From contig JBBQPO010000019.1 of the NCBI GenBank assembly GCA_038217285.1, forward strand, positions 1 through 38,146: a DNA stretch of 38,146 nucleotides, written 5' to 3'. The DNA comes from Chthonomonadales bacterium. GTDB taxonomy: Bacteria > Armatimonadota > Chthonomonadetes > Chthonomonadales > Chthonomonadaceae. The position numbers and the translations under genes are program-made. Below the pieces are notes generated by a model. That model searched no databases and was not told the origin of the DNA. It saw only the letters and a list, made by a program, of their open reading frames with translations. This document shows positions 26,940 to 35,800 of this stretch, piece after piece (position 1 is the stretch's first letter; every line of letters starts with the position of its first letter).

Positions 26940-28856
26940 TTACAGCGCTCTCCTTCTTGTCGTCTGTGGATCGAAAGACTTCTCTTTCACCAGTTTGTCG
27001 TCGTAGTAGATGCGGAGGCTGATCGTCTTGCCGAAATAGTCGAACTTCAGGGGAATCACGTCGCCCTCGTTGTGCATTTCGTCTACGACCGCAGGGTGTT
27101 CGCCCTGAGCGTCTTTATACTCGACCCGCACACGCCGTGTTCCCATCCCATCTTTGATGAGGGTGATGCTGCGATCATAGGTATGCGAGAGGTTCGCTTC
27201 CGCGCCGGAATCGCCGCTGCTGCCGTTCGTGTTCGTGGCGTCGGAGGGAGGCGTGCTGCCGCCCGCAGCGTCTCCCTCGGGCAGAACGGGATCGACGGGC
27301 GCATTCTCGTCCGGCTTCGGCCCGTCGCTGATGACCATATCCACCGGCGTATCATGGAACACGCGTTTCTTGAAGGTCACATCCTGGCTGATCACGTTGT
27401 TGATCGGCACCTTGCTATCGTACTGCGGCGCGATCTTCCCAACTTTGAGGCCGACTGCCGTCAGTTTTTGTTCGGCCGCCTCACGGGTCATCCCGACCAG
27501 ATTCGGGACATCGACATACTCCGGTCCTTTGCTGTACCAGACGTTGAGCGGTCGGCTGGAGCGAATCGGCTCGCCCGGTTCCACATCGGTGCGGTAGATG
27601 ATGTTGCGCGGCTTGTCGGCATATTCCGAATGTTCGATAAGCCGAATCTTCTTGCTCGCCATGATCTGCCGCACCTCGTCGATGTCCTTGCCCACCAGGG
27701 AGGGGATTGGAATCGGTTTGGGCAGGGCCCAGTTCGAGAGATAGATGGCATAGAGACCGATCAGGCAGACCAGAATGACGGCTGTGACGGTGCCGAGGGC
27801 GATCTTGATGTAGAGTGAGACGCGCTCATCCTGAGCGCGGAGTCGGTTTCGGGAAGGCATAGTCACCACCTGACGGGAGGCCGCAATGCTGGCAACAGGT
27901 TCCTGGGGCGGCAGGGCAGCCACCGGTGGAACCGTTTTAGGCGCCGCAGGAGGAGTTTTTACCGGAGCGGAAGGCGTCATCTCGGGAGTTATGGGCGCAT
28001 CGACGGGGGTCCAGGAGAGCGATTTACCGAAACGAAGCGCGTCCCGTACCGCTTTCAGATCGTTGAGCAACTCCGCGACGGCGCGATAGCGCTGGTCCGG
28101 CTTTTTTTGCAGGCATTTGAGAATGATGCCTTCGACCGCGCGGGGCACACCGGGGTTGATGGTGCGCGGGGAAGGGACGATAGCGAAGGCGTGCTGGTCG
28201 GCGAGGCCCTCCGGCGAATCGGCGGTGTAGACGGGAGTGCCGGTCAGCATCTCATAGAAGATGGCGCCCATGGCATAGATGTCGCCGCTGACAGAACCCG
28301 GCAGCTTCATGGAGAGTTCCGGAGCGTGATAAGGAGCGGCGCTGCGCAGAACGGCATGCTGTGCCTGGGGCGAAGTGGCGATGGCCCGCTGCACCCCGAA
28401 ATCCGTTACTTTGACCGCCCCTTCCGGGCTAATGATGATGTTCTGAGGGCGCAGGTCGCCATGAACCTGCCCGACGGCATGGGCGTAGTGCAGGGCTTCC
28501 GTCACCGCGCAGACATAGTCCACGGCGACCGAGAGGGTAAAAGGGGCGATACGGCGTACACGCTCTTTCAGGTTGATGCCGCGTACGAACTCCACGACCG
28601 CAAAGGGCTGTCCCTCTTCTGTCGTGCCGAACTCTTGAAAGAGAGTGATATTGGGATGCTTGAGATTCGCCGTCGCTTCCAGGCCAGCTTTCAAGGCACC
28701 GAAAAACGCTCCTTCGTCCGCATAACTCAGATGGACGGCTTTGAGCGCCACGATGCGGTTGGCGCTCTTTTCACGCGCTTTATAGACCGTAAAGAGCGGC
28801 CCTTCGCCGATTTTCTCCACCACCTCATAACGCTGATTGACCCACTGGTTAATCAC
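26940..28856 (-). CDS. PASTA-domain Ser/Thr kinase (PknB/PrkC-like) with atypical catalytic motifs
   Basis: VALK, HGDLRPQN, DFG, APE; single TM helix; two PASTA repeats. Confidence 0.9.
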   Translation of the reverse strand: MINQWVNQRYEVVEKIGEGPLFTVYKAREKSANRIVALKAVHLSYADEGAFFGALKAGLEATANLKHPNITLFQEFGTTEEGQPFAVVEFVRGINLKERVRRIAPFTLSVAVDYVCAVTEALHYAHAVGQVHGDLRPQNIIISPEGAVKVTDFGVQRAIATSPQAQHAVLRSAAPYHAPELSMKLPGSVSGDIYAMGAIFYEMLTGTPVYTADSPEGLADQHAFAIVPSPRTINPGVPRAVEGIILKCLQKKPDQRYRAVAELLNDLKAVRDALRFGKSLSWTPVDAPITPEMTPSAPVKTPPAAPKTVPPVAALPPQEPVASIAASRQVVTMPSRNRLRAQDERVSLYIKIALGTVTAVILVCLIGLYAIYLSNWALPKPIPIPSLVGKDIDEVRQIMASKKIRLIEHSEYADKPRNIIYRTDVEPGEPIRSSRPLNVWYSKGPEYVDVPNLVGMTREAAEQKLTAVGLKVGKIAPQYDSKVPINNVISQDVTFKKRVFHDTPVDMVISDGPKPDENAPVDPVLPEGDAAGGSTPPSDATNTNGSSGDSGAEANLSHTYDRSITLIKDGMGTRRVRVEYKDAQGEHPAVVDEMHNEGDVIPLKFDYFGKTISLRIYYDDKLVKEKSFDPQTTRRRAL

Positions 28857-29281
28857 GCCTGTTTGCCTCCCCTGGCGGACGCCTCGGCCTCCACGGTTCC
28901 TACGGCAGTCGGATCTGGTTGCGCCGGTGCGCTAAAACCCGTTTCCGAACCGAGAGGAGCCTTTTCCGGAGGCAGGCCCCGCACAATCCGCAGTGCCAGC
29001 GTGACGAGTGTGACACCTAGCAGCACAAGGTAGCAGCGCCCAAGCACCACATCATCGAGTATCTCTACCTGCTCAGGGCCGAGAAGGCCCGCCGCGACCA
29101 ACCCCTGCACGACAAGCCACCGACCGGAAAACAGGAGAATCCAACCGGTAATGAGGATACGGCTGACGAGTGGCGGCAGAAAATCGACCGTCTCACCGGT
29201 CTCTTCCCCCTCCGTCATCGGGCCGTGTTGAGTATCGGGCAACGGCGAAATCGTATGGTCAGGCTCCGGAGTTTCAGGCAT
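28853..29281 (-). CDS. Two-TM hypothetical membrane protein
   Basis: Overlaps the aroB stop and the kinase start; hydrophobic helices. Confidence 0.65.
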   Translation of the reverse strand: MPETPEPDHTISPLPDTQHGPMTEGEETGETVDFLPPLVSRILITGWILLFSGRWLVVQGLVAAGLLGPEQVEILDDVVLGRCYLVLLGVTLVTLALRIVRGLPPEKAPLGSETGFSAPAQPDPTAVGTVEAEASARGGKQA

Positions 29282-30386
29282 TAAACCGCCTTTTATGACG
29301 GGCAAGAGCCGCCGATACCGCCTCCGAAGGCACATCGGAACTCAGGAAAACATCACCGATCTGCCGCGCCAGAACGAAACGCAGACGGCCCGCTTCGGTT
29401 TTTTTGTCGCGCTGTGCGGCTTCCAGAATCGCTTCCGCCTCGATCTCGGGCGGAAAGGCCGTCGGCAGGTGCGCCCGTTGGAGGGCATCGCACACCTGCG
29501 CGGTCACCTCGGGTGGAGTCACACCGACCTCTTCCCCCAGCAGGCAGGCGGATACCATACCGATCGCGATGGCTTCGCCGTGCTTGAAACGCCGGTAGGA
29601 GGTCACGGCCTCAAGGGCATGACCGATGGTGTGACCGAAATTCAGAATGGCGCGCAGCCCCTGCTCCATCTCATCCTGTCCGACGACTTCGGCCTTGATC
29701 TCACACGAGCGGGCGATCACGTTCGTCAGAAGGGCCTCGTCGCGTTGCAGCAGACCGGGCAGGTTGGCGACGACCGAGCTTAGAAACACTTTCTCGTAGA
29801 TTATACCATACTTGATCACTTCAGAAAGGCCAGAACGCAGTTCGCGGGCAGGCAGCGTCCGCAGGGTGGTGGTATCGATGATGACGGCAGAAGGCTGATG
29901 AAAGGCACCCACAAGGTTCTTGCCCTGCGGTAGATCGACCCCCGTTTTGCCGCCCACACTCGCATCGACCTGTGCCAGCAAGGTGGTTGGCACCTGCACG
30001 AACGGAATGCCCCGCAGATAGGTCGCCGCCGCAAACCCGACGATGTCGCCGAGCACTCCGCCCCCTACTGCCACGACCAGACTTTTGCGATCCAGCCCGG
30101 CGGATAGGAACTCCTGGTAGAGCCGCGCCACGGTATTCAGGTGTTTGAATCGCTCCCCGGCGGGCAGAGTGACCATCGTGGTGGTGAGGCCATGTGTGTG
30201 CAGGGCTGCGGCCAGCGGCGTCGCATAGGCCGCTTGCAGGGCGGGATGCGTCACGAGACAGACGGATTTCCCGGGCGTGACTCGCGCGACGATCTCGGCG
30301 GCCCGGCCCGAAGCCAGCATTCCGGCCCCGATATGAAGAGTATAACTGCGTTCGCCCAGGGCGACCGCGACACAACGCTCAGTCAA
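29274..30386 (-). CDS. aroB: 3-dehydroquinate synthase
   Basis: GGGVLGD, PTTLLAQVDASVGGKT, LNFGHTIGHA, HGEA; TTG start after AAGGAG. Confidence 0.96.
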   Translation of the reverse strand: MTERCVAVALGERSYTLHIGAGMLASGRAAEIVARVTPGKSVCLVTHPALQAAYATPLAAALHTHGLTTTMVTLPAGERFKHLNTVARLYQEFLSAGLDRKSLVVAVGGGVLGDIVGFAAATYLRGIPFVQVPTTLLAQVDASVGGKTGVDLPQGKNLVGAFHQPSAVIIDTTTLRTLPARELRSGLSEVIKYGIIYEKVFLSSVVANLPGLLQRDEALLTNVIARSCEIKAEVVGQDEMEQGLRAILNFGHTIGHALEAVTSYRRFKHGEAIAIGMVSACLLGEEVGVTPPEVTAQVCDALQRAHLPTAFPPEIEAEAILEAAQRDKKTEAGRLRFVLARQIGDVFLSSDVPSEAVSAALARHKRRFNA

Positions 30387-30432
30387 TCCCCACTCCTTGG
30401 TGCGTCTACATAATATCTGCGATGCAAAGGCA

Positions 30433-30945
30433 CTAGCTCTGTCGGTAGAGGCGCACGATCTCCTCGACAATGGCATCCGGTTTGCGATCCGTGGTATCGA
30501 CCCGTAGATGCGCGGTCGCCTCGTAGAGTCGGGCGCGAGCCTCCATGAGTTGTCGAATATGCGCCGACGGGTCCAGGGCATTCGCCAGCAACGGGCGCGT
30601 CTCCGCATTACCGACTCGTTTCAAAATCACGCTCGGGGAGGCGGTGAGCCACACAACCAGGCAGTTTGTCCGCAGCAGGTCGGCGTTGGCGGGCCAGAGA
30701 ACTGTCCCTCCTCCTGTGGAGATAACTTGATCCGACTGCGCTGCCAGCGCCGCGATGGCGTCGCTTTCCAGGCTGCGAAAGGTTGCTTCCCCCTGTTCCT
30801 GAAAGATCTCGCGAACCGAAACACCTGTGCGGCGTTCGATCTCGCTGTCGCTGTCCACGAAGCGAAATCCCAGCCGCCTCGCCAGTCGCTTACCGACGGT
30901 CGTCTTGCCTGTGCCCATAAAGCCGATCAAGGCCACGCTGCGCAT
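30433..30945 (-). CDS. aroK: Shikimate kinase
   Basis: GFMGTGKT, DSD, GE..FR, STGGG, RPLL; start may lie slightly upstream. Confidence 0.94.
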   Translation of the reverse strand: MRSVALIGFMGTGKTTVGKRLARRLGFRFVDSDSEIERRTGVSVREIFQEQGEATFRSLESDAIAALAAQSDQVISTGGGTVLWPANADLLRTNCLVVWLTASPSVILKRVGNAETRPLLANALDPSAHIRQLMEARARLYEATAHLRVDTTDRKPDAIVEEIVRLYRQS

Positions 30946-31087
30946 CTCTGTCCTGGCCTGCCTCTGCCTCTCGACGGCGGAACGTAGAAACGTCCAGCCA
31001 CCCTCTGTCCTCCACGGCACATGGCCGATGGAAGGAGCCGATGATGACTGAACGTTTTCAGTAAGGAGCGAACTTACACAGCCCTCG

Positions 31088-32911
31088 CTACGGGGTCGGG
31101 CCGGGAAGAGGCAAGCCGCCTCCGCCTGTCGGGATGGCGACCGACCCACCGCCGCCGCCGATACCGGCCGTGGAGATACGCTCCGGCAGGATCGTCGGGG
31201 TGATGAAGACGAGCAGTTCCCGATCGTCCGTCGTGATACTGCGCGAACGGAACAGGTTGCCGATGAAGGGCAGATCGCCGAGCAAGGGTACCTTCAGGCT
31301 GTTGACGACGTCGTTCTTCGAGTTCAGACCGCCGATGACCATCGTATCTCCGTTGAGGATGATACGCTGGATCGGGGTGGTCTGGGTGGTTATGTTCGGG
31401 AAACTCTGTCCATCCGGACTGGTGAAAGGTGCGCCGAGGACATAGTTGGTCGCGCTGCCGAAGACGGTCAGACTCTCATCGCCGTTAATTCTGGCGACGA
31501 AGCTGAGACCTGTCTGTACATTGATCGGATTGATGGTCGAGGTGACGATCGTCTGGCCGCCGTTGCCGAGCACGGTGTTGGTCTGAAAGACCGGGATGAG
31601 CGACTGGACGAAGAAGTTGACCGGCATATTGTTCAGGGTCGTGATAAGCGGGGACGCCACCACCTTGGCATGACCAGTCGTCAGAGCGAAGCTCAACTGG
31701 GTCGAGAGGTTTCCGGTCGCATACTGCAAGAAAGCCTGACCGCCGGTTCCGGCGTATCCGGTGTTGGTGCCGCCGATAAGGTTGACTTTCTGAAACTGGA
31801 AGTTGATCCCGAAGGTGTTGATATCGTTCTGAGAGATCGTGACGAACTCGGCCTTCACCTGGATCTGGCGCGGCTTGACATCCAGCAAGCGGATGATCTT
31901 GCGCAGTTCCGTCAAGGCTTCTGGATGTGCCGGGTCGTACTGGACTATGAGCGAGCCGTCGTTGGAGAAAGCGAACAGGCTCGTAATACCGTTGGGAAGC
32001 AACTGCGCCGCCCCTCCGATGCCGCCGCCCTGCTGTCCGCCGCCCTGCTGTCCGCCGCCACCCGGGTTCTGGCCACCGCCGCCGAAGCCTTGGCCGCCGC
32101 CGCCGAAGCCCTGGCCACCGCCGCCGAAGCCTTGACCACCGCCGCCGAACTGTCCGCCACCACCACCGGCGCCGCCCTGCCCGCCGACGCCGTTAGCAGC
32201 CGGGTTCAGATCGAAGCCATTGTCACGTGCGGTGGGAGCGACGTTCGGAGACGTCCTATTACCGTCGATAACGCTGATATTGGGCTGTATGTTGGTAGGT
32301 CGGCGAGAGTTCGGGTTCTGCGTGGCCAGCATAGAGCTGATGACCTGCGCTTCGAAGATCTCCATCATGGTGCCCATAGGAGTGTTGTCGGTCCCCAGGA
32401 GATGGCAGATGGTATGGGGATCCGCATAGAGGAGTCGGATCTTTTCGATCTGTAAGGCGGGAGCCACCGTGTTGGGTCGGAGAGGATCGGCCGGGAGAAC
32501 CGCGTTACCGCTGGTCTCGATGGTCGGCTTCGGTGCGCTGCCTTTGGGGCCGAAGTAGTAGACGCCATTCAGTTCCCAGAAGTCGGCGCCCGCTGAATTT
32601 GCCATAAGCTTCAGGACTTCGTTAATGGGCTTGTCCTTGACGGAGAGAGTGACAGTACCGCTCACATTGCTCCCGCTCTGGACGACGACATCGATTCCGG
32701 TTTTCTGCTCGACGAGACGGATCGCGGCTTTGAGCGGGGCTTCCGTCAAATCGAGATCGATGGTCGTATTCGCCAGCACATTCGCGTTACGACTCGGTGC
32801 CTGACCGTCATCGGCTTTCGCATACAGTCTACTGCCGACCAGCAGGGTCGCGCTCAACGCCCCGGCGACGACCAGTCCAGTTGCGCGTCTCTTATGTCGT
32901 TGCAAGCCCAT
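31088..32911 (-). CDS. pilQ: Secretin (PilQ/GspD family)
   Basis: N0/STN domain; LDVKPRQIQVKAEFV; KVPLLGDLPFIGNLFRS..ELLVFITP secretin signature; downstream of pilMNO. Confidence 0.88.
   Translation of the reverse strand: MGLQRHKRRATGLVVAGALSATLLVGSRLYAKADDGQAPSRNANVLANTTIDLDLTEAPLKAAIRLVEQKTGIDVVVQSGSNVSGTVTLSVKDKPINEVLKLMANSAGADFWELNGVYYFGPKGSAPKPTIETSGNAVLPADPLRPNTVAPALQIEKIRLLYADPHTICHLLGTDNTPMGTMMEIFEAQVISSMLATQNPNSRRPTNIQPNISVIDGNRTSPNVAPTARDNGFDLNPAANGVGGQGGAGGGGGQFGGGGQGFGGGGQGFGGGGQGFGGGGQNPGGGGQQGGGQQGGGIGGAAQLLPNGITSLFAFSNDGSLIVQYDPAHPEALTELRKIIRLLDVKPRQIQVKAEFVTISQNDINTFGINFQFQKVNLIGGTNTGYAGTGGQAFLQYATGNLSTQLSFALTTGHAKVVASPLITTLNNMPVNFFVQSLIPVFQTNTVLGNGGQTIVTSTINPINVQTGLSFVARINGDESLTVFGSATNYVLGAPFTSPDGQSFPNITTQTTPIQRIILNGDTMVIGGLNSKNDVVNSLKVPLLGDLPFIGNLFRSRSITTDDRELLVFITPTILPERISTAGIGGGGGSVAIPTGGGGLPLPGPTP
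32070..32150. repeat. 21-bp tandem repeat (3 copies + partial) encoding GFGGGGQ
   Basis: TGGCCACCGCCGCCGAAGCCT-type units within the secretin gene. Confidence 0.85.
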
Positions 32912-32982
32912 ACGAATGCCCCCCTTGTAGTGCGTCTCATGCAGGTTGCCGGACGCTATCTGTATATTCCTCTGCACGGTCT

Positions 32983-33010
32983 ATTCGATGTATCCCTCCG
33001 GCATTCCTGC
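32983..33010 (-). promoter_or_regulatory. SigH-like promoter (AGGA-N18-GAAT) upstream of the secretin gene
   Basis: GCAGGAATG-N12-ATCGAAT on the minus strand. Confidence 0.5.
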
Positions 33011-33119
33011 CGGGATACAGATTTTTTTTCAGAACAGCAAGCAGATTCGAGGGCAGGCACAGATCCCTGTGCCTACCCTGTTCGATTTTATGGCCTTTTT
33101 GGTTTCAGGCATAAGCGAA

Positions 33120-33866
33120 TTAGAAGCCGCCGCGACCGCCACCGCCACGACCGCCGCCGCCCTGTCCGCCACCGCCGAAGCCGCCGCCACCCTGGCTACC
33201 GCCACCCAGGCCACCGCCGCCGAAGCCACCGCCACCCTGGCTGCCGCCGCCGAGGCCGCCGCCGCCGAACTGTCCGCCGCCCTGTCCGCCGCCGCCCTGT
33301 CCGCCGCTGCTACCGGGGTACGGATTGTAGTCATAGACGCGAGGCAGAATGCTGAAACCTTTGCCGCCCAACGCTTCCGCGATACTCACGCCGTCGAAGG
33401 AGAACGTGTCACGACTGATGATCACGAACTTCGGCGTCTTTTCGGCGTCGGGGGTATTGGCGTCCGGCGTGGTGCCCGGTTCCAGGATATTTGTTTCCGT
33501 CTCTTTGGGTACGATGCGGTAGATGTTGTCTTCGAACTTCCAGGTGAGCGGCAGTCCGGTCGATTTTACCAGCGTATCGAGCACGATTTTGAACGGAATA
33601 TCGTGCAGGTGTACCGAAACCTCGGCATTTTTCAGAGACGGGTCGAGGTAGTAGTTGGCGTTGATATGGCCGAAGAGCAGTTTGAGGGCCGAGTAGAGGT
33701 TCGTGCTCTCCAGGTCCAGCGAAACTTTCTTCATGGTCGGGTCGTTGGCAGCCGCCGCCGGATCGGCAGGGGGATCCTGCGCTCGGGCGATGCCGGGCAG
33801 AGCCAGCAGGCCCATCGCCGTCAGCGACAGAGTCGCCAGTCCCAGTTTGCTAAATTGAAGTGACAT
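33120..33866 (-). CDS. Exported secretin-N0/STN-like protein with Gly-rich tail (no secretin domain)
   Basis: Signal peptide; VSLDLESTNLYSALKLL..VSVHLHDIPFKIVLDTL..EDNIYRIVPK; GGAGGAGG RBS. Confidence 0.8.
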   Translation of the reverse strand: MSLQFSKLGLATLSLTAMGLLALPGIARAQDPPADPAAAANDPTMKKVSLDLESTNLYSALKLLFGHINANYYLDPSLKNAEVSVHLHDIPFKIVLDTLVKSTGLPLTWKFEDNIYRIVPKETETNILEPGTTPDANTPDAEKTPKFVIISRDTFSFDGVSIAEALGGKGFSILPRVYDYNPYPGSSGGQGGGGQGGGQFGGGGLGGGSQGGGGFGGGGLGGGSQGGGGFGGGGQGGGGRGGGGRGGF

Positions 33867-33955
33867 CGGTTTTCCTCCTCCGAGAAAGACTACAGGGTCA
33901 CGAAATTGCCCCGCATATCCGGTGCGCAGTGTATCAGCGCTTGAGATGTTCTTAA

Positions 33956-33982
33956 GACGTTTGCAGCGGCAAATCGGTTACA
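33956..33982 (-). promoter_or_regulatory. ECF-type promoter TGTAAC-N17-CGTC
   Basis: Same AAC-N17-CGT architecture as the promoter of the local ECF sigma gene. Confidence 0.55.
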
Positions 33983-33984
33983 TT

Positions 33985-34033
33985 GGCATTGTGTATCGAC
34001 AAGTATACCTTCGCATGCGGCATTCTGTATCGA
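33985..34033. repeat. 15-bp direct repeat, candidate regulator binding sites
   Basis: GGCATTGTGTATCGA (33985-33999) and GGCATTCTGTATCGA (34019-34033). Confidence 0.65.
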
Positions 34034-34066
34034 TGACGGCGAAAATAGGCCGTTCGATGGTCTTCG

Positions 34067-34921
34067 CTATTCGCCGCCACCAGGACCACCGGCAGGTCCG
34101 CCCGGCCCGAATTTACCCTTGCCGGGACCTCCGCGACCAGGCCCCCCACCGGATCCGGGGAAGCCGCTATTGGCTGGTGCGCCCCCGCGCGGTGCGGCGC
34201 TCGCTCCGCCCAGCGGAACGTCGCTGAGGGGAATCTCCTGCGTAAAGGTCGCCAGACCCTCTTTGCTGCGAAGGACAACGGTCTCTCCTTTTATAGAGAC
34301 GACGCGATAGGTCCGTTTGGTTTGCCCGCCTGCGATCGGAAGTTCCACGCTGCTGCCGGGTTTGACGATCAGGGGATCGCCTTGCGGCAGTTCCAGGATG
34401 GCATAGATACCGTCACCGCTCATAATCCCCGAAACGCGCGCCACCGCCTCTTCCCGAACTTCAAAGGGAAGCACAGGCGGCACGATGACTTCCGGCGGCG
34501 CCAGGCGAATAGGCTCGACATCATTGAAGACGTAGGGCGGAGGCGGAATGATTCTCCAATTGACGAAGAAAGGATCATGGCCTTTCCGATTGGGGATCGA
34601 CTTGGTCACTGGTTTGGGCGGGCCAGCAGGCGCGCCCTTCCCGTTCCCAAAGACTCCGCCGGGATGACCTACACCCGGCGCGCCGCCGGGCGCACCACGG
34701 CGTGCGGGCCCAGCCGGAGCAGGGCCCCCAAAGCCAGCTGGGCCTCCCCCGCGCGGTCGATTCTGTCCCGGCGTATTCGCCGGGCCACCCTGGCCTACCG
34801 TCGTCACCTGAATACGTTCCGGCGAGGAGGTGTGAGGACCATAGTTCAGCCAGCCTGCCGTGCCGCCAAGAGCGACGCAGGCAGCGAGACTGGAGATTGT
34901 CAGCATAGTTCGTCTATTCAT
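34067..34921 (-). CDS. PilP-like type IV pilus assembly protein
   Basis: N-terminal TM; DPFF motif; RVSGIMSG..AILE..IVKPG..VVSI beta domain; position after the pilO-like gene. Confidence 0.65.
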   Translation of the reverse strand: MNRRTMLTISSLAACVALGGTAGWLNYGPHTSSPERIQVTTVGQGGPANTPGQNRPRGGGPAGFGGPAPAGPARRGAPGGAPGVGHPGGVFGNGKGAPAGPPKPVTKSIPNRKGHDPFFVNWRIIPPPPYVFNDVEPIRLAPPEVIVPPVLPFEVREEAVARVSGIMSGDGIYAILELPQGDPLIVKPGSSVELPIAGGQTKRTYRVVSIKGETVVLRSKEGLATFTQEIPLSDVPLGGASAAPRGGAPANSGFPGSGGGPGRGGPGKGKFGPGGPAGGPGGGE

Positions 34922-34957
34922 ACCGTTTTCCCTCTGTAGCCAACCGGCCACATAGCG

Positions 34958-35791
34958 CTAACCACCCGGGCCGACCATCGCTTTTCCACTTTTTCCACCA
35001 CCTCCGCCGAAGCTGGCAGGTCCTCCGAAGCCGGTCGGTGGACCACCGGGAGCGGCCGAGCCGCCGCCGCCAGAGATAACAGGGTCGGGAGCTGGCGGAG
35101 CCGCCGGGGGAATGATATAGAGCGCCATATCGTAGCTGAGGCTCAGGTTCGGACTCTGACCATCCAGAGCCACGCCATCGACCACGGGCATTCCGAAACC
35201 GCGCATGCTGTTGAAGCGTCGCAGATGGAGCATCGCCGCATCGAACGTCTTGGCGATGACCGTCACGTGCCAGGGCTTGGCCTGCGGAAAGGTGATGGAT
35301 TGCAGCTTCGAAATATCGTTCGGATCGGTACTGAAGGAGTCGATCGGGAAGTCTTGGCCGAAGTCACGCGTGATGCCTTCGCGGTAGTGGGCATCGTACC
35401 ACTTCTTGACCTTGACGCCCCAGACGGTCGGCAGATCGCGGATACCGTAGGGCTTGCCATCGCTGTAGAGGCCCGTGAAGGCGTAGAGCTTGAGCAGACT
35501 ATTGCTTTTCTCCTGCGCCGAGAAGGCCATACGCGGCATATAGAGCCGCTGATTGATCGCCCAGGCAGCGTTCGTGACACTGGTGAACTTCTTGGACTTC
35601 GCCAGATCCTGTTCGTGCGCCTTTACCTTATCGGGGGTTCCACCGGCCGTCTCCGCTGCTGTCGTGGCTGCGAGTGAGGTGCCGATGTCTTCGTTTTTCG
35701 GCTTGATGAGCGCGAAAAAGAGGATGAGCGATAGGATGAGCGCCGTGACTATCCCGATGATATTTATGTGCAACGCGGTCAATTTCGACAT
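34958..35791 (-). CDS. PilO-like type IV pilus assembly protein
   Basis: N-terminal TM, coiled segment, ferredoxin-like C-terminus (F...HLRRF..M..VVDGV); position in operon. Confidence 0.62.
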   Translation of the reverse strand: MSKLTALHINIIGIVTALILSLILFFALIKPKNEDIGTSLAATTAAETAGGTPDKVKAHEQDLAKSKKFTSVTNAAWAINQRLYMPRMAFSAQEKSNSLLKLYAFTGLYSDGKPYGIRDLPTVWGVKVKKWYDAHYREGITRDFGQDFPIDSFSTDPNDISKLQSITFPQAKPWHVTVIAKTFDAAMLHLRRFNSMRGFGMPVVDGVALDGQSPNLSLSYDMALYIIPPAAPPAPDPVISGGGGSAAPGGPPTGFGGPASFGGGGGKSGKAMVGPGG

Positions 35792-35800
35792 CGTTTTCTC

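Noticed and set aside
30403..30430. dif-like sequence (TTATGTAGACG arm) between aroK and aroB, given xerD in the window
   Set aside because: Only 7/11 and 5/11 matches to the E. coli arms, and it lies inside an operon spacer
32070..33312. GC-rich tandem repeats as a CRISPR-like or non-coding array
   Set aside because: No spacers; the units are in-frame multiples of 3 encoding Gly-rich peptide
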